Below, piece after piece: positions 16,669-25,225 of a stretch of 35,711 nucleotides of DNA. Origin of the DNA: Pirellulales bacterium (GTDB taxonomy: Bacteria > Planctomycetota > Planctomycetia > Pirellulales > UBA1268). The notes under the pieces are model-generated. The model saw only the letters and a program-made list of their open reading frames with translations. It did no database searches and was not told the DNA's origin. The first letter of the stretch is position 1, and each line of letters begins with the position of its first letter. The stretch is from NCBI GenBank assembly GCA_040397635.1, contig JBBAVO010000002.1, forward strand, positions 1 to 35,711, given 5' to 3'. A program made the translations under genes and the position numbers.

Positions 16669-17937
16669 ATGTCCGGCAAACCAAAGACGCTGCTGATCAT
16701 CACGCAGGTGTACGTACCGGACCCTGCGGCGGTGGGGCAGCAAATTACCGATGCCGCCCGGGAGATGGCGCGGCGTGGCTGGCGTGTGGTGGTCTACACG
16801 TCGGCACGTGGCTACGACGACCCGAGCCAACGGTATCCGAGCCGTGAGTGGCTCGACGGTGTCGATGTGCGCCGGCTGCCATTGTCGAGTTTTGGCAAGC
16901 GTTCGATCCCGATCCGACTTCTTGCCCAGGCCTGCTTCATGGTGCAGGCAATCGCCCTGGGGCTGTTCACCCGCAGGCTTGGGCTCGTGATGGTGAGCAC
17001 CAGTCCGCCGTTCGCAGGGTTCGGCGGGGCGATGCTCTCCTGGCTGCGTCGCGTGCCTCTTGTGTGGTGGGTCATGGACCTGAATCCCGACCAGATGGTG
17101 GCATCGGGGAAGTTGTCGCCACGATCCGTGGTCGCGAGAGCGTTCGATTGGATGAATCGGGTCACGCTCCGGCGGTCACAGGCCGTCGTGGTCATGGACC
17201 GGTTCATGCAGGAGCGGGTGATTGCAAAGCTCAATGTGCCCAAGAAGATCCACGTGCTTCCCCCCTGGCCGCACGATGACGTGCTCAAGCCGCTGCCGAA
17301 CAGGCCAAATACATTTCGTGACGAGCACGGCTTTGGTGAGGCATTCGTCGTGATGTATTCCGGCAACCACGGCATCCAAAATCCACTGCAGACGCTCCTC
17401 GACGCCGCCCGCTCGCTCGAGGACCGGGAAGATCTGTTGTTTGTGTTCATCGGGGGCGGCGCCGGCAAGATCGAAGTCGTAAGGCGGATCGCGGAGGGGG
17501 CTCGGAACGTGCGCTCCCTGCCGTTTGAACCCCTTGCCAGGATCGGCACGAGCCTGTCGGCGGCCGACATTCATGTCGTGAGCCTGGCCAACGAGGCCGT
17601 GGGGGTGATCCATCCCTGCAAGGTCTACGGTGCGATGGCCATCGGTAGACCGGTACTGTTTTTCGGTCCCGAGGACTCCTATGTCGGCGACATCATGCGT
17701 GCCGGCGATATCGGCCGGATCGTCGCCCATGGGGATGTTCCGGCTGCAATCGCTGCGATTCGGGAACTTGCAGCGTTGAGGGAGACGCAGCGGGAAGAGA
17801 TGGGCGAGCGGGCGACTCGCGTCATAGCGGAGTCTTTTTCAGCCGGCTTGCTGCGCCAGCAATTCTGCGACATTCTTGCTGGTGTCGGTGTCGGCGAGGG
17901 GGCCGACGCGACGCGGCACATGACGTCCGCACGATGA
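16669..17937 (+). CDS. GT4 glycosyltransferase (WcaI/WbuB-like)
   Basis: The N-terminal region reads LLIITQVYVPDPAAVGQQITDAAREMARRGWRVVVYT. VMYSGNHG and HVVSLANEAVGVIHPCKVYGAMAIGRPVLF are also present. ATG at 16669 is preferred over 16639. Confidence 0.85.
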   Translation: MSGKPKTLLIITQVYVPDPAAVGQQITDAAREMARRGWRVVVYTSARGYDDPSQRYPSREWLDGVDVRRLPLSSFGKRSIPIRLLAQACFMVQAIALGLFTRRLGLVMVSTSPPFAGFGGAMLSWLRRVPLVWWVMDLNPDQMVASGKLSPRSVVARAFDWMNRVTLRRSQAVVVMDRFMQERVIAKLNVPKKIHVLPPWPHDDVLKPLPNRPNTFRDEHGFGEAFVVMYSGNHGIQNPLQTLLDAARSLEDREDLLFVFIGGGAGKIEVVRRIAEGARNVRSLPFEPLARIGTSLSAADIHVVSLANEAVGVIHPCKVYGAMAIGRPVLFFGPEDSYVGDIMRAGDIGRIVAHGDVPAAIAAIRELAALRETQREEMGERATRVIAESFSAGLLRQQFCDILAGVGVGEGADATRHMTSAR

Positions 17938-19907
17938 AATATCGGCCCGAAATAGACGGTTTGCGTGCCATCGCCGTCGCAGCGGTCATCCTGTTTCACG
18001 CGGGCTTTCCACTCTTCAGTGGCGGTTTTATCGGCGTCGACGTGTTTTTCGTGATCAGCGGTTTCCTCATCACGACGATCATCGTTGACGATCTGCACGC
18101 AGGAAGGTTCTCGCTGGCGACTTTCTACGAGCGTCGTGCGAGGCGAATCATGCCGGCGTTGTTCGTGGTCATGGCGGCCTGTGTACCGTTCGCATACAGC
18201 CTGCTCAGTCCGGATGATCTCAAGGATTTCGCACAGAGCCTCGCGGCGATCTCGTTATTTGCGTCGAACATACTGTTCTGGGCGGAGAGCGGCTACTTCG
18301 ACACACAGGCCGAACTCAAGCCCTTGCTCCACACCTGGAGTTTGGCCATCGAGGAGCAATTTTACGTCATCTTTCCGCTGTTACTTTGGGCAGCCTGGCG
18401 GCTCGGCATCAGGTGCCTGATGGCCGTGATCGCCATGGTGGCCGCTGTGAGCCTCTTTTTGTCAGTGAGCGAGGTCGTGCGATTTCCGTCGGCGGCGTTC
18501 TATCTGCTGCCCAGCAGAGCATGGGAGTTGCTCGCTGGCGCACTGACTGCTTTCATCGCACACCGTCCACGCGGCTCACTCACGGTGCCGTTGCGGCACC
18601 CGCTCGCCGGCGAGGCGTTGGGGATCGCTGGCTTGGCGATGATTCTCTACTGCATCTGTGGCTACGATCAGCAGACGCCCTTTCCTGGGCTCAATGCCGT
18701 CCTGCCGGTTCTGGGCACGGCCCTGCTCCTGCTCTTTGCCACGCATACCACGCGGATAGGTCGCATGCTGGCGTGCGCGCCGCTGGTCGGCCTCGGGCTG
18801 ATCAGCTACAGCGCCTATCTATGGCACCAGCCGCTTTTCGCTTTCACCAAGCACGCTCTGCTTGCGGATCTTCCGCAGGCGTTGGCCGTTGTGTTGTGTG
18901 TCTCGACGGTGGTGCTTGCCTATCTGAGTTGGCGCTACGTCGAACAGCCGTTTCGGGATCGTAGTCGGATCAGCCGCGCCGCCATCTTCGGAGTTTCGGG
19001 AGTCGGCGTGCTGTTGTTCTTGGGGCTCGGTGCCGTGGGGCACCGGTTGAGCGACCGCATCACGGAGATCCGGCTGCGGAGCGTGAATCCGACCCTTCGC
19101 ACCCAGATCCGTACCCGCGAATCGTTGGTGGCGGACCGGAACGCCTTCGTCGCCGACTTTCTCCCCTCCGCGGAAGCGCCCTTTTCGGGCGGCGTGGGCA
19201 CGAGGAGGGTGCTTATCCTTGGGGATTCGGTCTCGGAGGACCTGTATGCGGCCGTGATGGTTAACGCCGAACTTTTCCCAGGGATCGAGTTTCGGCGGGT
19301 TGCACTCGACGAGCCGTGCATGGTGGAATTTGCCCGCTTCGTAAAAACGGGTGAATTCCTGACCGGGAGCGACGAGCTGACCTGTCGCAGGAGTCTTGAG
19401 CAGCTTCGCGACGGATCGCTGTTGGGCGAGGCGGACACGATCGTTCTCTGTTCGAATTGGCCGCGATACATCACGCACAGCACGCACGAAGGCGCCATGA
19501 CGCTCGCGGAAACCCTCGCGGCGCAGGGCCGGGAGGTTTGTATCGTGGGGCTGATGTCCATGCAGGAGGCCTCGTCGACTACCTTCGTGGCGGTCAAGAG
19601 GGCGCTCTCCATCGAGCAGGCCAATGAATTTGCCTATGGCACAATCCAGCGGAGCAAGATCGAGAAGCCCAACGCCGATGCCCGATCCCTGGCTAGCCGC
19701 TTCGACAATGTCCGCTACTTGGACAAGTATGCGGTCTTTTCTGACGACGCTGCGCGACGGACGCTGCTCTACGACGCGGACGGTCAGATACTGTTTGCGG
19801 ACAACTTCCATCTCACGAGGGCCGGCGGGCTGTATTTCGGCAGGCAGATGGCTGCCCAACATTGGTTCGACGGTGAGGCTCGAGCGCCAGGAAGGGAACG
19901 ACCATGA
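17934..19907 (+). CDS. Membrane acyltransferase-3 (AT3) fused to a C-terminal SGNH domain, OafA/YrhL-type O-acetyltransferase
   Basis: The N-terminus is MKYRPEIDGLRAIAVAAVILFHAG...GVDVFFVISGFLIT, with TWSLAIEEQFY further on. About 10 TM helices are followed by a roughly 270-aa soluble domain (ILGDSVSED...). An ATGA overlap joins it to the upstream gene. Confidence 0.9.
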   Translation: MKYRPEIDGLRAIAVAAVILFHAGFPLFSGGFIGVDVFFVISGFLITTIIVDDLHAGRFSLATFYERRARRIMPALFVVMAACVPFAYSLLSPDDLKDFAQSLAAISLFASNILFWAESGYFDTQAELKPLLHTWSLAIEEQFYVIFPLLLWAAWRLGIRCLMAVIAMVAAVSLFLSVSEVVRFPSAAFYLLPSRAWELLAGALTAFIAHRPRGSLTVPLRHPLAGEALGIAGLAMILYCICGYDQQTPFPGLNAVLPVLGTALLLLFATHTTRIGRMLACAPLVGLGLISYSAYLWHQPLFAFTKHALLADLPQALAVVLCVSTVVLAYLSWRYVEQPFRDRSRISRAAIFGVSGVGVLLFLGLGAVGHRLSDRITEIRLRSVNPTLRTQIRTRESLVADRNAFVADFLPSAEAPFSGGVGTRRVLILGDSVSEDLYAAVMVNAELFPGIEFRRVALDEPCMVEFARFVKTGEFLTGSDELTCRRSLEQLRDGSLLGEADTIVLCSNWPRYITHSTHEGAMTLAETLAAQGREVCIVGLMSMQEASSTTFVAVKRALSIEQANEFAYGTIQRSKIEKPNADARSLASRFDNVRYLDKYAVFSDDAARRTLLYDADGQILFADNFHLTRAGGLYFGRQMAAQHWFDGEARAPGRERP

Positions 19908-20932
19908 CCGGCGAGGATGAGAATAGACCGCTGCGCAAGCGGCTGACCCCCTGCGTAGAGCAGCGGTATCCGGAGTTCGAAAAGCATTTCCAGGCGTTCC
20001 GGGATCACGACCCTCGCCGCGGCACGACGCGGGCCTACTACTTTCATCCCACCGACTGCCGCGACTGGCACAGTCGCATGGTTGAGAAAATGCTCGCTCG
20101 TAAGCCGGGAAGACATTTTCCAGTCTTTCGGATGAGCCACGGTGAGTTCATGCTGGCGCTGGGATATCGCTATCCAAGGCATAGCGGCAAATCCAAGCTG
20201 TGGTGCGATGCCATCACGCGCTACCACCAGCTCCGACGGTGGGCTGGACTCGAGCCGGCGTTCCGCAGCGGATCGCACTTGAACTCCTACGAGGAATTCA
20301 CCAAGCAGGAGGTCGCCGCTGCCGAGACGGCCTACATCGCCAATCTCGCATCGATTTCACGGGAAGGCATCCTTGCCGCGGCCTTTTATGACAATCCGGG
20401 CTATAGCGAATATTTCCCGGACTTCTTCGACTGGATGGATCGCCGCGGAATCGTGTTGAACACCGAAAACTATATGCCGTTCTACAGCGTCTATGCGTTG
20501 CTCGCCGGCAGCCGGCTTCGCGAAATCGTCGACGGTCGCCAGGTCCTGATCGCCACGTCCTTTCGCGATGACAAGGCGGAGCGGCTTACCCAAGCATTCA
20601 CGAAGCTCGGCGCACGCGGTGTCCAGTGCTACGCAACGCACCCCAGCAAGGCAATCTTCGATCGCATCGACCTGAGCCGGATCCATTCCGGAATTGATGT
20701 TGCGTTTGTGGGGGCCGGAGTCGGTGCCGCTGCCGTCATGGAGCAGCTCCGTCCGCTCGGTGCGCTCTGCATCGACGCCGGTTTCTGTCTCGACATGCTC
20801 GCGTATCCTGAGCTGCGATGGGAGAGACCCTATTGCGCACCAGACCCGATCTTCGACCTCTCGAAGGTGAAGTTCCTGGGCGAGGAGAGGAAGTCCCAAC
20901 TGTTGGCGAAGCACGGAACGATGGCCGGCTAG
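19904..20932 (+). CDS. Uncharacterised soluble protein (paralogue of 32638-33639); possible distant GT-D/DUF1792-like glycosyltransferase
   Basis: Codon and GC usage match the neighbouring genes, and an ATGA overlap couples it to oafA-like. Motifs shared with the paralogue are FRMSHGEF, NYMPFYSVYALL, GRQVLIATS, GAGVGAAAVMEQLRPLGALCIDAGF and WERPYCAPD. Confidence refers to it being coding; function is unknown. Confidence 0.75.
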   Translation: MTGEDENRPLRKRLTPCVEQRYPEFEKHFQAFRDHDPRRGTTRAYYFHPTDCRDWHSRMVEKMLARKPGRHFPVFRMSHGEFMLALGYRYPRHSGKSKLWCDAITRYHQLRRWAGLEPAFRSGSHLNSYEEFTKQEVAAAETAYIANLASISREGILAAAFYDNPGYSEYFPDFFDWMDRRGIVLNTENYMPFYSVYALLAGSRLREIVDGRQVLIATSFRDDKAERLTQAFTKLGARGVQCYATHPSKAIFDRIDLSRIHSGIDVAFVGAGVGAAAVMEQLRPLGALCIDAGFCLDMLAYPELRWERPYCAPDPIFDLSKVKFLGEERKSQLLAKHGTMAG

Positions 20933-20942
20933 GACGATCCCC

Positions 20943-21824
20943 ATGAGCACCGAGACAGGCACGATGAGCAAGACCATCGTCACAATGGTCGACAACCGGC
21001 CGCCGGATCATTCGTTCATCCGCTACAGTTCGGCGGTGGCCCAGCACTATGCCGACAGTCACGGCTATGACTTCCTCTACCAGATGGTTCCGCCGCTGGG
21101 AGCGGAGCCGCTGCAGGCGTGCCTGTCGGTGAGGGGCAATCCGCGTCACGTTGCATGGGCGAAGCTGCTCGCTGTCTTCCAACTGCTGTCCAAGGGCTAT
21201 GAGCAGATCTGCTACATCGACACCGACGTGATGTTTACCGACATCCGCAGGGGCATTCGGAACTTCGTCCAGGGAACACCGCTGTCGTGGGGCAGCAGAA
21301 ACGGCGATGTGCTGTTCCTCAACAATAAGCCCTACGGGTGTGTCGACGACAATGACATGCCGTGCTCGGGTGTGATCCTGATCAAGTCCGGTGAGTTTGC
21401 CCGCGACTTTCTCCGCACCTGGTACGAGCTCGAGATTCCGAAGCATGATCTTGGTCATCCCTGGGAGCAGAATGCCCTGTGGGAGTTGTTCCGTAACTAT
21501 CCCCGCGGCATCGGCGTGTTTGATTCGTGGATGTTCAGGGATGAAGAAGGACAGTGGGTGAGGCATGTCCCGCATGACCAGGATCGGGAACAGCGGTTCG
21601 CGGCCGAGTTCTGCAAGCATCCCGGCCTAGCGACGGGAGTGCGTGCCACCAACGTGAGCGTGCTCGACACCCCGAAAGCCTTCGATTCGATGGCGTCGAC
21701 GCCCAGAAGACGTAGTCTTCTGAACATGGCGCTGAAGTCGCCGGTCATGCGGCGCGGGCTGTACGTTGTTTCGACTCTTCAGAGTCGCGGCGTGATGGCG
21801 ACGCTCCGAAAACGGCTAGGTTAA
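20943..21824 (+). CDS. Putative GT-A nucleotide-sugar transferase, GMA12/MNN10 (GT34)-like
   Basis: YADSHGYDF ... WAKLLAVFQLLSKGYEQICYIDTDVMFTD (DxD) ... CSGVILIKSGEFARDFLRTWY ... WEQNALWEL follows the pattern of the galactosyl/mannosyltransferase GMA12/MNN10 family. Confidence 0.55.
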   Translation: MSTETGTMSKTIVTMVDNRPPDHSFIRYSSAVAQHYADSHGYDFLYQMVPPLGAEPLQACLSVRGNPRHVAWAKLLAVFQLLSKGYEQICYIDTDVMFTDIRRGIRNFVQGTPLSWGSRNGDVLFLNNKPYGCVDDNDMPCSGVILIKSGEFARDFLRTWYELEIPKHDLGHPWEQNALWELFRNYPRGIGVFDSWMFRDEEGQWVRHVPHDQDREQRFAAEFCKHPGLATGVRATNVSVLDTPKAFDSMASTPRRRSLLNMALKSPVMRRGLYVVSTLQSRGVMATLRKRLG

Positions 21825-21837
21825 AAAAAGGTTGTCG

Positions 21838-23556
21838 ATGGTCCGCCGAAGTCGGCACCCTTACGGAAGAGCTCGAAGAGTCATGATCAGGACCAGTGAA
21901 GCAAGTGTGAATCTGCCGCACGAATCGCACCGTGGAGTGCCGAAGGTGCCTCCGTGGTGGATCATGGTGTCGTATCTGATCGTCTGCGCCGTTGCGCTGC
22001 CGTGGCATCTTCACCGCGTCGGCCCCGACGCCTCCGCGTATCTCACAATTGCCAGGAAATATCATGCATGGGATTTCCCCAACGCAGTCAACGGCTACTG
22101 GAGCCCGCTGTTTTCCTGGCTGATAGCTCCGTTCCTGGGATTTGGGTTCGCAACCGATGTCACTGCCAAGGTGCTGGAGGTGGCGATCGGCGCCGGCGTC
22201 ATCGGGGCCGCGTGGTGGCTGGCTAGGCGGTTGCAACTCCCGGCATCGGCCTGCTCACTCACGAGCGTCTCCCTCGTCGCACCGACGGCGATGTATGCCC
22301 TCAAGGACACCACCCCCGACCTGCTCGTGGCGGGCTTGCTCGTGGGCTACCTGGCAGTGGTGGTCGGGGAGGATTACCCGCGTTCCCCGTGGCAGGGGGC
22401 GGCATGCGGGCTGTTTGGGGCGATGGCATACCTTGCCAAGGCATATGCTCTGCCGTTCTTCTTGGCACACTACGTGATCGTCTCGGTCTACCTTTTGACG
22501 CGACGTGGCTTGACGCCTGCGGAGCGCCGCAGGCTCCTCGTCGTTACGGCCACGGGACTGCTCGTGTTTGGGGTGCTTGCCGGCGCCTGGGTTGGCGTGC
22601 TCAGCCAAAAGTATTCCCGCTTCACTTTCAGCACGACTGGGGCGTATCAATTTCGCCTCATCGCCCCAGGGAGCCTTGGGAATCCCCTCGACAAGGGCGG
22701 CCTGTTTCCGCCGACGAACGCCACCGCCATCAGTGCGTGGGAAGATCCTTCAGAGCTGGCGATGCCCGCATTTGCGACTGCTGCAAAGCGCCCGGCCCCG
22801 GCCACGCCCGCGAATACCGACATCAAGGCCTCCGGACCAAGGGCCGGCAGCGTGTCACGCGTGTTGCTTCGCTATCGCCACAACCTCACCAAGTTGTGTG
22901 GAACGCTCTTTCGCCTGACTCCGGTGTGGCCACTGATCTTCCTCGGCCTCATGCTCGCCTGCTGGCGGGAGCCACGTGGACCGGTTCGTGACCGCTGTAT
23001 GATCCTGCTGGCCACGCTGCTTATCTACCCGGCTGGGTATGTGCAGCTCTTCATTGAATACCGGTATTTCTGGTTCATGACGTCCGTGCTTGCTGCGACG
23101 GCATTTCTCCTGCCCACTGTTCTGCCGTTCCTGCGGGCCGGGCGGTGGCGCTCCGTATGGGTCATCTTGACTGCCCTTTCTTTCGCATTGTGGCCGGCTT
23201 GGATCATGGCACGCACGTGGGGCCATGTCCTGGAAGGCGTCGCCACGCTGTCCGGGGAACTCCACTCCACGGTACCTCCAGGCTCACGAGTCGCGTCTGA
23301 CGGAGAGTGGGGAATGACAAACAGCATCGCCTACCATCTCGACGCCCGGTATCACGGGATCCTCCGCCCCGGTGGTCCTGCGGAGGAGCACGAACGGCAG
23401 CTTCGCGAGCAGGGCATCCAATATCTCATGATCTGGGGGAATCCCGCCGGCTATCCCTTCCTGGAGTCAGCCCGAGAACTGCCCGCCGACGCCTTCAAAC
23501 AGGCACGCCTCGGCCGCGTTCCGAGGCTTTTTGCCCTGCCAGCGGCCGCACCCTGA
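21838..23556 (+). CDS. GT-C fold membrane glycosyltransferase (ArnT/PMT_2, GT39/GT83-like)
   Basis: It has about 12 hydrophobic helices. The N-terminal loop DASAYLTIARKYHAWDFPNAVNGYWSPLFSWLIAPF is typical of lipid-carrier-dependent GT-C enzymes. A C-terminal soluble domain follows. The start is uncertain (21838 or 21877). Confidence 0.7.
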   Translation: MVRRSRHPYGRARRVMIRTSEASVNLPHESHRGVPKVPPWWIMVSYLIVCAVALPWHLHRVGPDASAYLTIARKYHAWDFPNAVNGYWSPLFSWLIAPFLGFGFATDVTAKVLEVAIGAGVIGAAWWLARRLQLPASACSLTSVSLVAPTAMYALKDTTPDLLVAGLLVGYLAVVVGEDYPRSPWQGAACGLFGAMAYLAKAYALPFFLAHYVIVSVYLLTRRGLTPAERRRLLVVTATGLLVFGVLAGAWVGVLSQKYSRFTFSTTGAYQFRLIAPGSLGNPLDKGGLFPPTNATAISAWEDPSELAMPAFATAAKRPAPATPANTDIKASGPRAGSVSRVLLRYRHNLTKLCGTLFRLTPVWPLIFLGLMLACWREPRGPVRDRCMILLATLLIYPAGYVQLFIEYRYFWFMTSVLAATAFLLPTVLPFLRAGRWRSVWVILTALSFALWPAWIMARTWGHVLEGVATLSGELHSTVPPGSRVASDGEWGMTNSIAYHLDARYHGILRPGGPAEEHERQLREQGIQYLMIWGNPAGYPFLESARELPADAFKQARLGRVPRLFALPAAAP

Positions 23557-23588
23557 GTTCACGAATGTGTGAGCCGCGTGGAAAGACC

Positions 23589-24374
23589 ATGAACATCGCC
23601 GTCATCACGCAGCCCGACTCGGCCGTCATTCCGGAAAATATCGCCAAACTTGCCGGGCTGCCTCACGTTGTGATCCGGGCGATCATCGTCCTCGACGTGA
23701 AGGGCGCGCTCGCCAATAAACGGAGCTACTTTCTGAAGGGCTTTGGCGCGTGGCAGTGTTTCAGGCTGTATGCCACGCTGATGATCCAGAGGCTCTCCGC
23801 GGGCGTCCGACGGGCCGTTGGTTGCCGTGTTGGTCGCGGCGAGGGCATGTCGGTGCGACAGCTTGCGCGGCATCTGGCCGTGCCCTGCGTTTCGACCACC
23901 GAACTGCATGCGGAACAGATGCTCGCCTACCTGCAGTCGCTCGATCTCGACCTGATCGTCTCGTTCTCGGCGCCGATCGTCTTCAAGGAACGTCTGCTGT
24001 CTCTGCCGCGGCACGGATGCATCAACCTGCACTGCTCTCTCCTTCCTCGCTATGCAGGGCTCCTGCCGAGTTTCTGGGTGCTCTACCATCATGAGCAGCA
24101 GACCGGGGCCACCGTGCACTACATGGATACGCAGATCGACAACGGTGGAATCCTCGGCCAGGAAGTCGTTTCAATCGAGCCGGACGCTACGATGCTGGAC
24201 GTGATTCGCAAGACGAAGCGGGTCGGCGGCGACCTCATGGCGCGGGTCGTCGAGGGTCACGCGACGGGCGCGGTTGCCGTCCGGGAGAATCGCCAGGAAG
24301 AGGGGTCCTATTTCGGGTGGCCGAGCATCGAGCAGATGCGGCAGTTCCGCCGGCGGGGAGGCAGGCTCTCGTGA
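23589..24374 (+). CDS. Formyltransferase (Fmt/ArnA N-domain/sugar N-formyltransferase family)
   Basis: DLIVSFSAPIVFKERLLSLPRHGCINLHCSLLPRYAGLLP matches the N...H-x-S-L-L-P motif. GATVHYMDTQIDNGGILGQ carries the catalytic Asp region. ATG at 23589 (MNIAVITQ) is preferred; the track extension from 23307 overlaps the GT-C gene. Confidence 0.85.
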   Translation: MNIAVITQPDSAVIPENIAKLAGLPHVVIRAIIVLDVKGALANKRSYFLKGFGAWQCFRLYATLMIQRLSAGVRRAVGCRVGRGEGMSVRQLARHLAVPCVSTTELHAEQMLAYLQSLDLDLIVSFSAPIVFKERLLSLPRHGCINLHCSLLPRYAGLLPSFWVLYHHEQQTGATVHYMDTQIDNGGILGQEVVSIEPDATMLDVIRKTKRVGGDLMARVVEGHATGAVAVRENRQEEGSYFGWPSIEQMRQFRRRGGRLS

Positions 24375-25225
24375 ATCGATACGCGGTGCTCAGCATGGAT
24401 GTCGAGGACTGGTACCACCTCGACTATTTTTCCGGTCTCACGCCGGAACGCTCGTCGAGCATGCTGGATGGGCTGGATGTCTATCTCTCGCTGCTCGAGC
24501 GACACTCGATCCGAACCACGTTCTTTGTGTTGAGTGAACTGGCGGACCGTCTGAGCGGTACGCTCCGGTCCATGGCGGAGGCCGGTCACGAAATCGCCTC
24601 GCACGGCATGGCACACAAGCGGCCCCTGACGATGGCTGTCGATGCGTTCGCGGAGGATCTGCGACAGAGCAAGGCCATGCTTGAAAATGTCGTACAGCGA
24701 AGCGTGGAGGGCTTTCGTGCGCCATGCTTCAGCATGGACCGCACGAGGTTGGAGGAGGTACGAAAAGCGGGCTACACATACGACTCCAGCCGCATCGACT
24801 TTACCGGCCATCCCCTGTATGGCAGCCTGAATATCAACGACTTCGATGCTGTGTCGCCAGGTCATGCCGTACAGCATGGCTTTCACGAGTTCGAAGTGAG
24901 TACGCTGCCCGTGCTCGGGAAGCGGCTACCCGTTTCTGGCGGCGGCTACCTGCGGATTGCCCCGTGGGCGATCATGCGGCCGTTGATCCAAAGGTATGTA
25001 AACGCTCATCCCCTCTATGTGCTCTACATCCACCCCTTTGAGCTGTCGGCTCAGCCTCAGCCACCTGCGGCGGCGCGACTCTCTTACCCGCAGCGTTTGC
25101 GGTTTGGTGCGGGTCGGGCAGGCGTTGCACGCAAGTTGGACAAGCTCATCCAACTCCTGAAGGACAACCGTTTTTCGTTCGTGACATGCCGGGAACTCTG
25201 CCACTCCTTCAAGGAGCAGGCGTGA
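24371..25225 (+). CDS. Polysaccharide deacetylase (CE4/NodB superfamily, DUF3473-type)
   Basis: AVLSMDVEDWYHLDYF, TTFFVLSELA, GHEIASHGMAH, FRAPCFS and a C-terminal DUF3473-like tail are present. A GTGA overlap joins it to the formyltransferase stop. Confidence 0.85.
   Translation: MNRYAVLSMDVEDWYHLDYFSGLTPERSSSMLDGLDVYLSLLERHSIRTTFFVLSELADRLSGTLRSMAEAGHEIASHGMAHKRPLTMAVDAFAEDLRQSKAMLENVVQRSVEGFRAPCFSMDRTRLEEVRKAGYTYDSSRIDFTGHPLYGSLNINDFDAVSPGHAVQHGFHEFEVSTLPVLGKRLPVSGGGYLRIAPWAIMRPLIQRYVNAHPLYVLYIHPFELSAQPQPPAAARLSYPQRLRFGAGRAGVARKLDKLIQLLKDNRFSFVTCRELCHSFKEQA

Noticed and set aside
21822-21845. A-runs right after TAA stops at 21822 (TAAAAAAAGGTTGTCGATGG), 28789 (TAAAAAGGTTCGTGGTTG) and 35656 (TAAAAACTCGTGG), suggesting a shared post-stop motif
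   Set aside because: The shared core is only about 6-8 nt and is loosely aligned. With three instances it could easily arise by chance. It is noted only as a cue for a genome-wide motif search.
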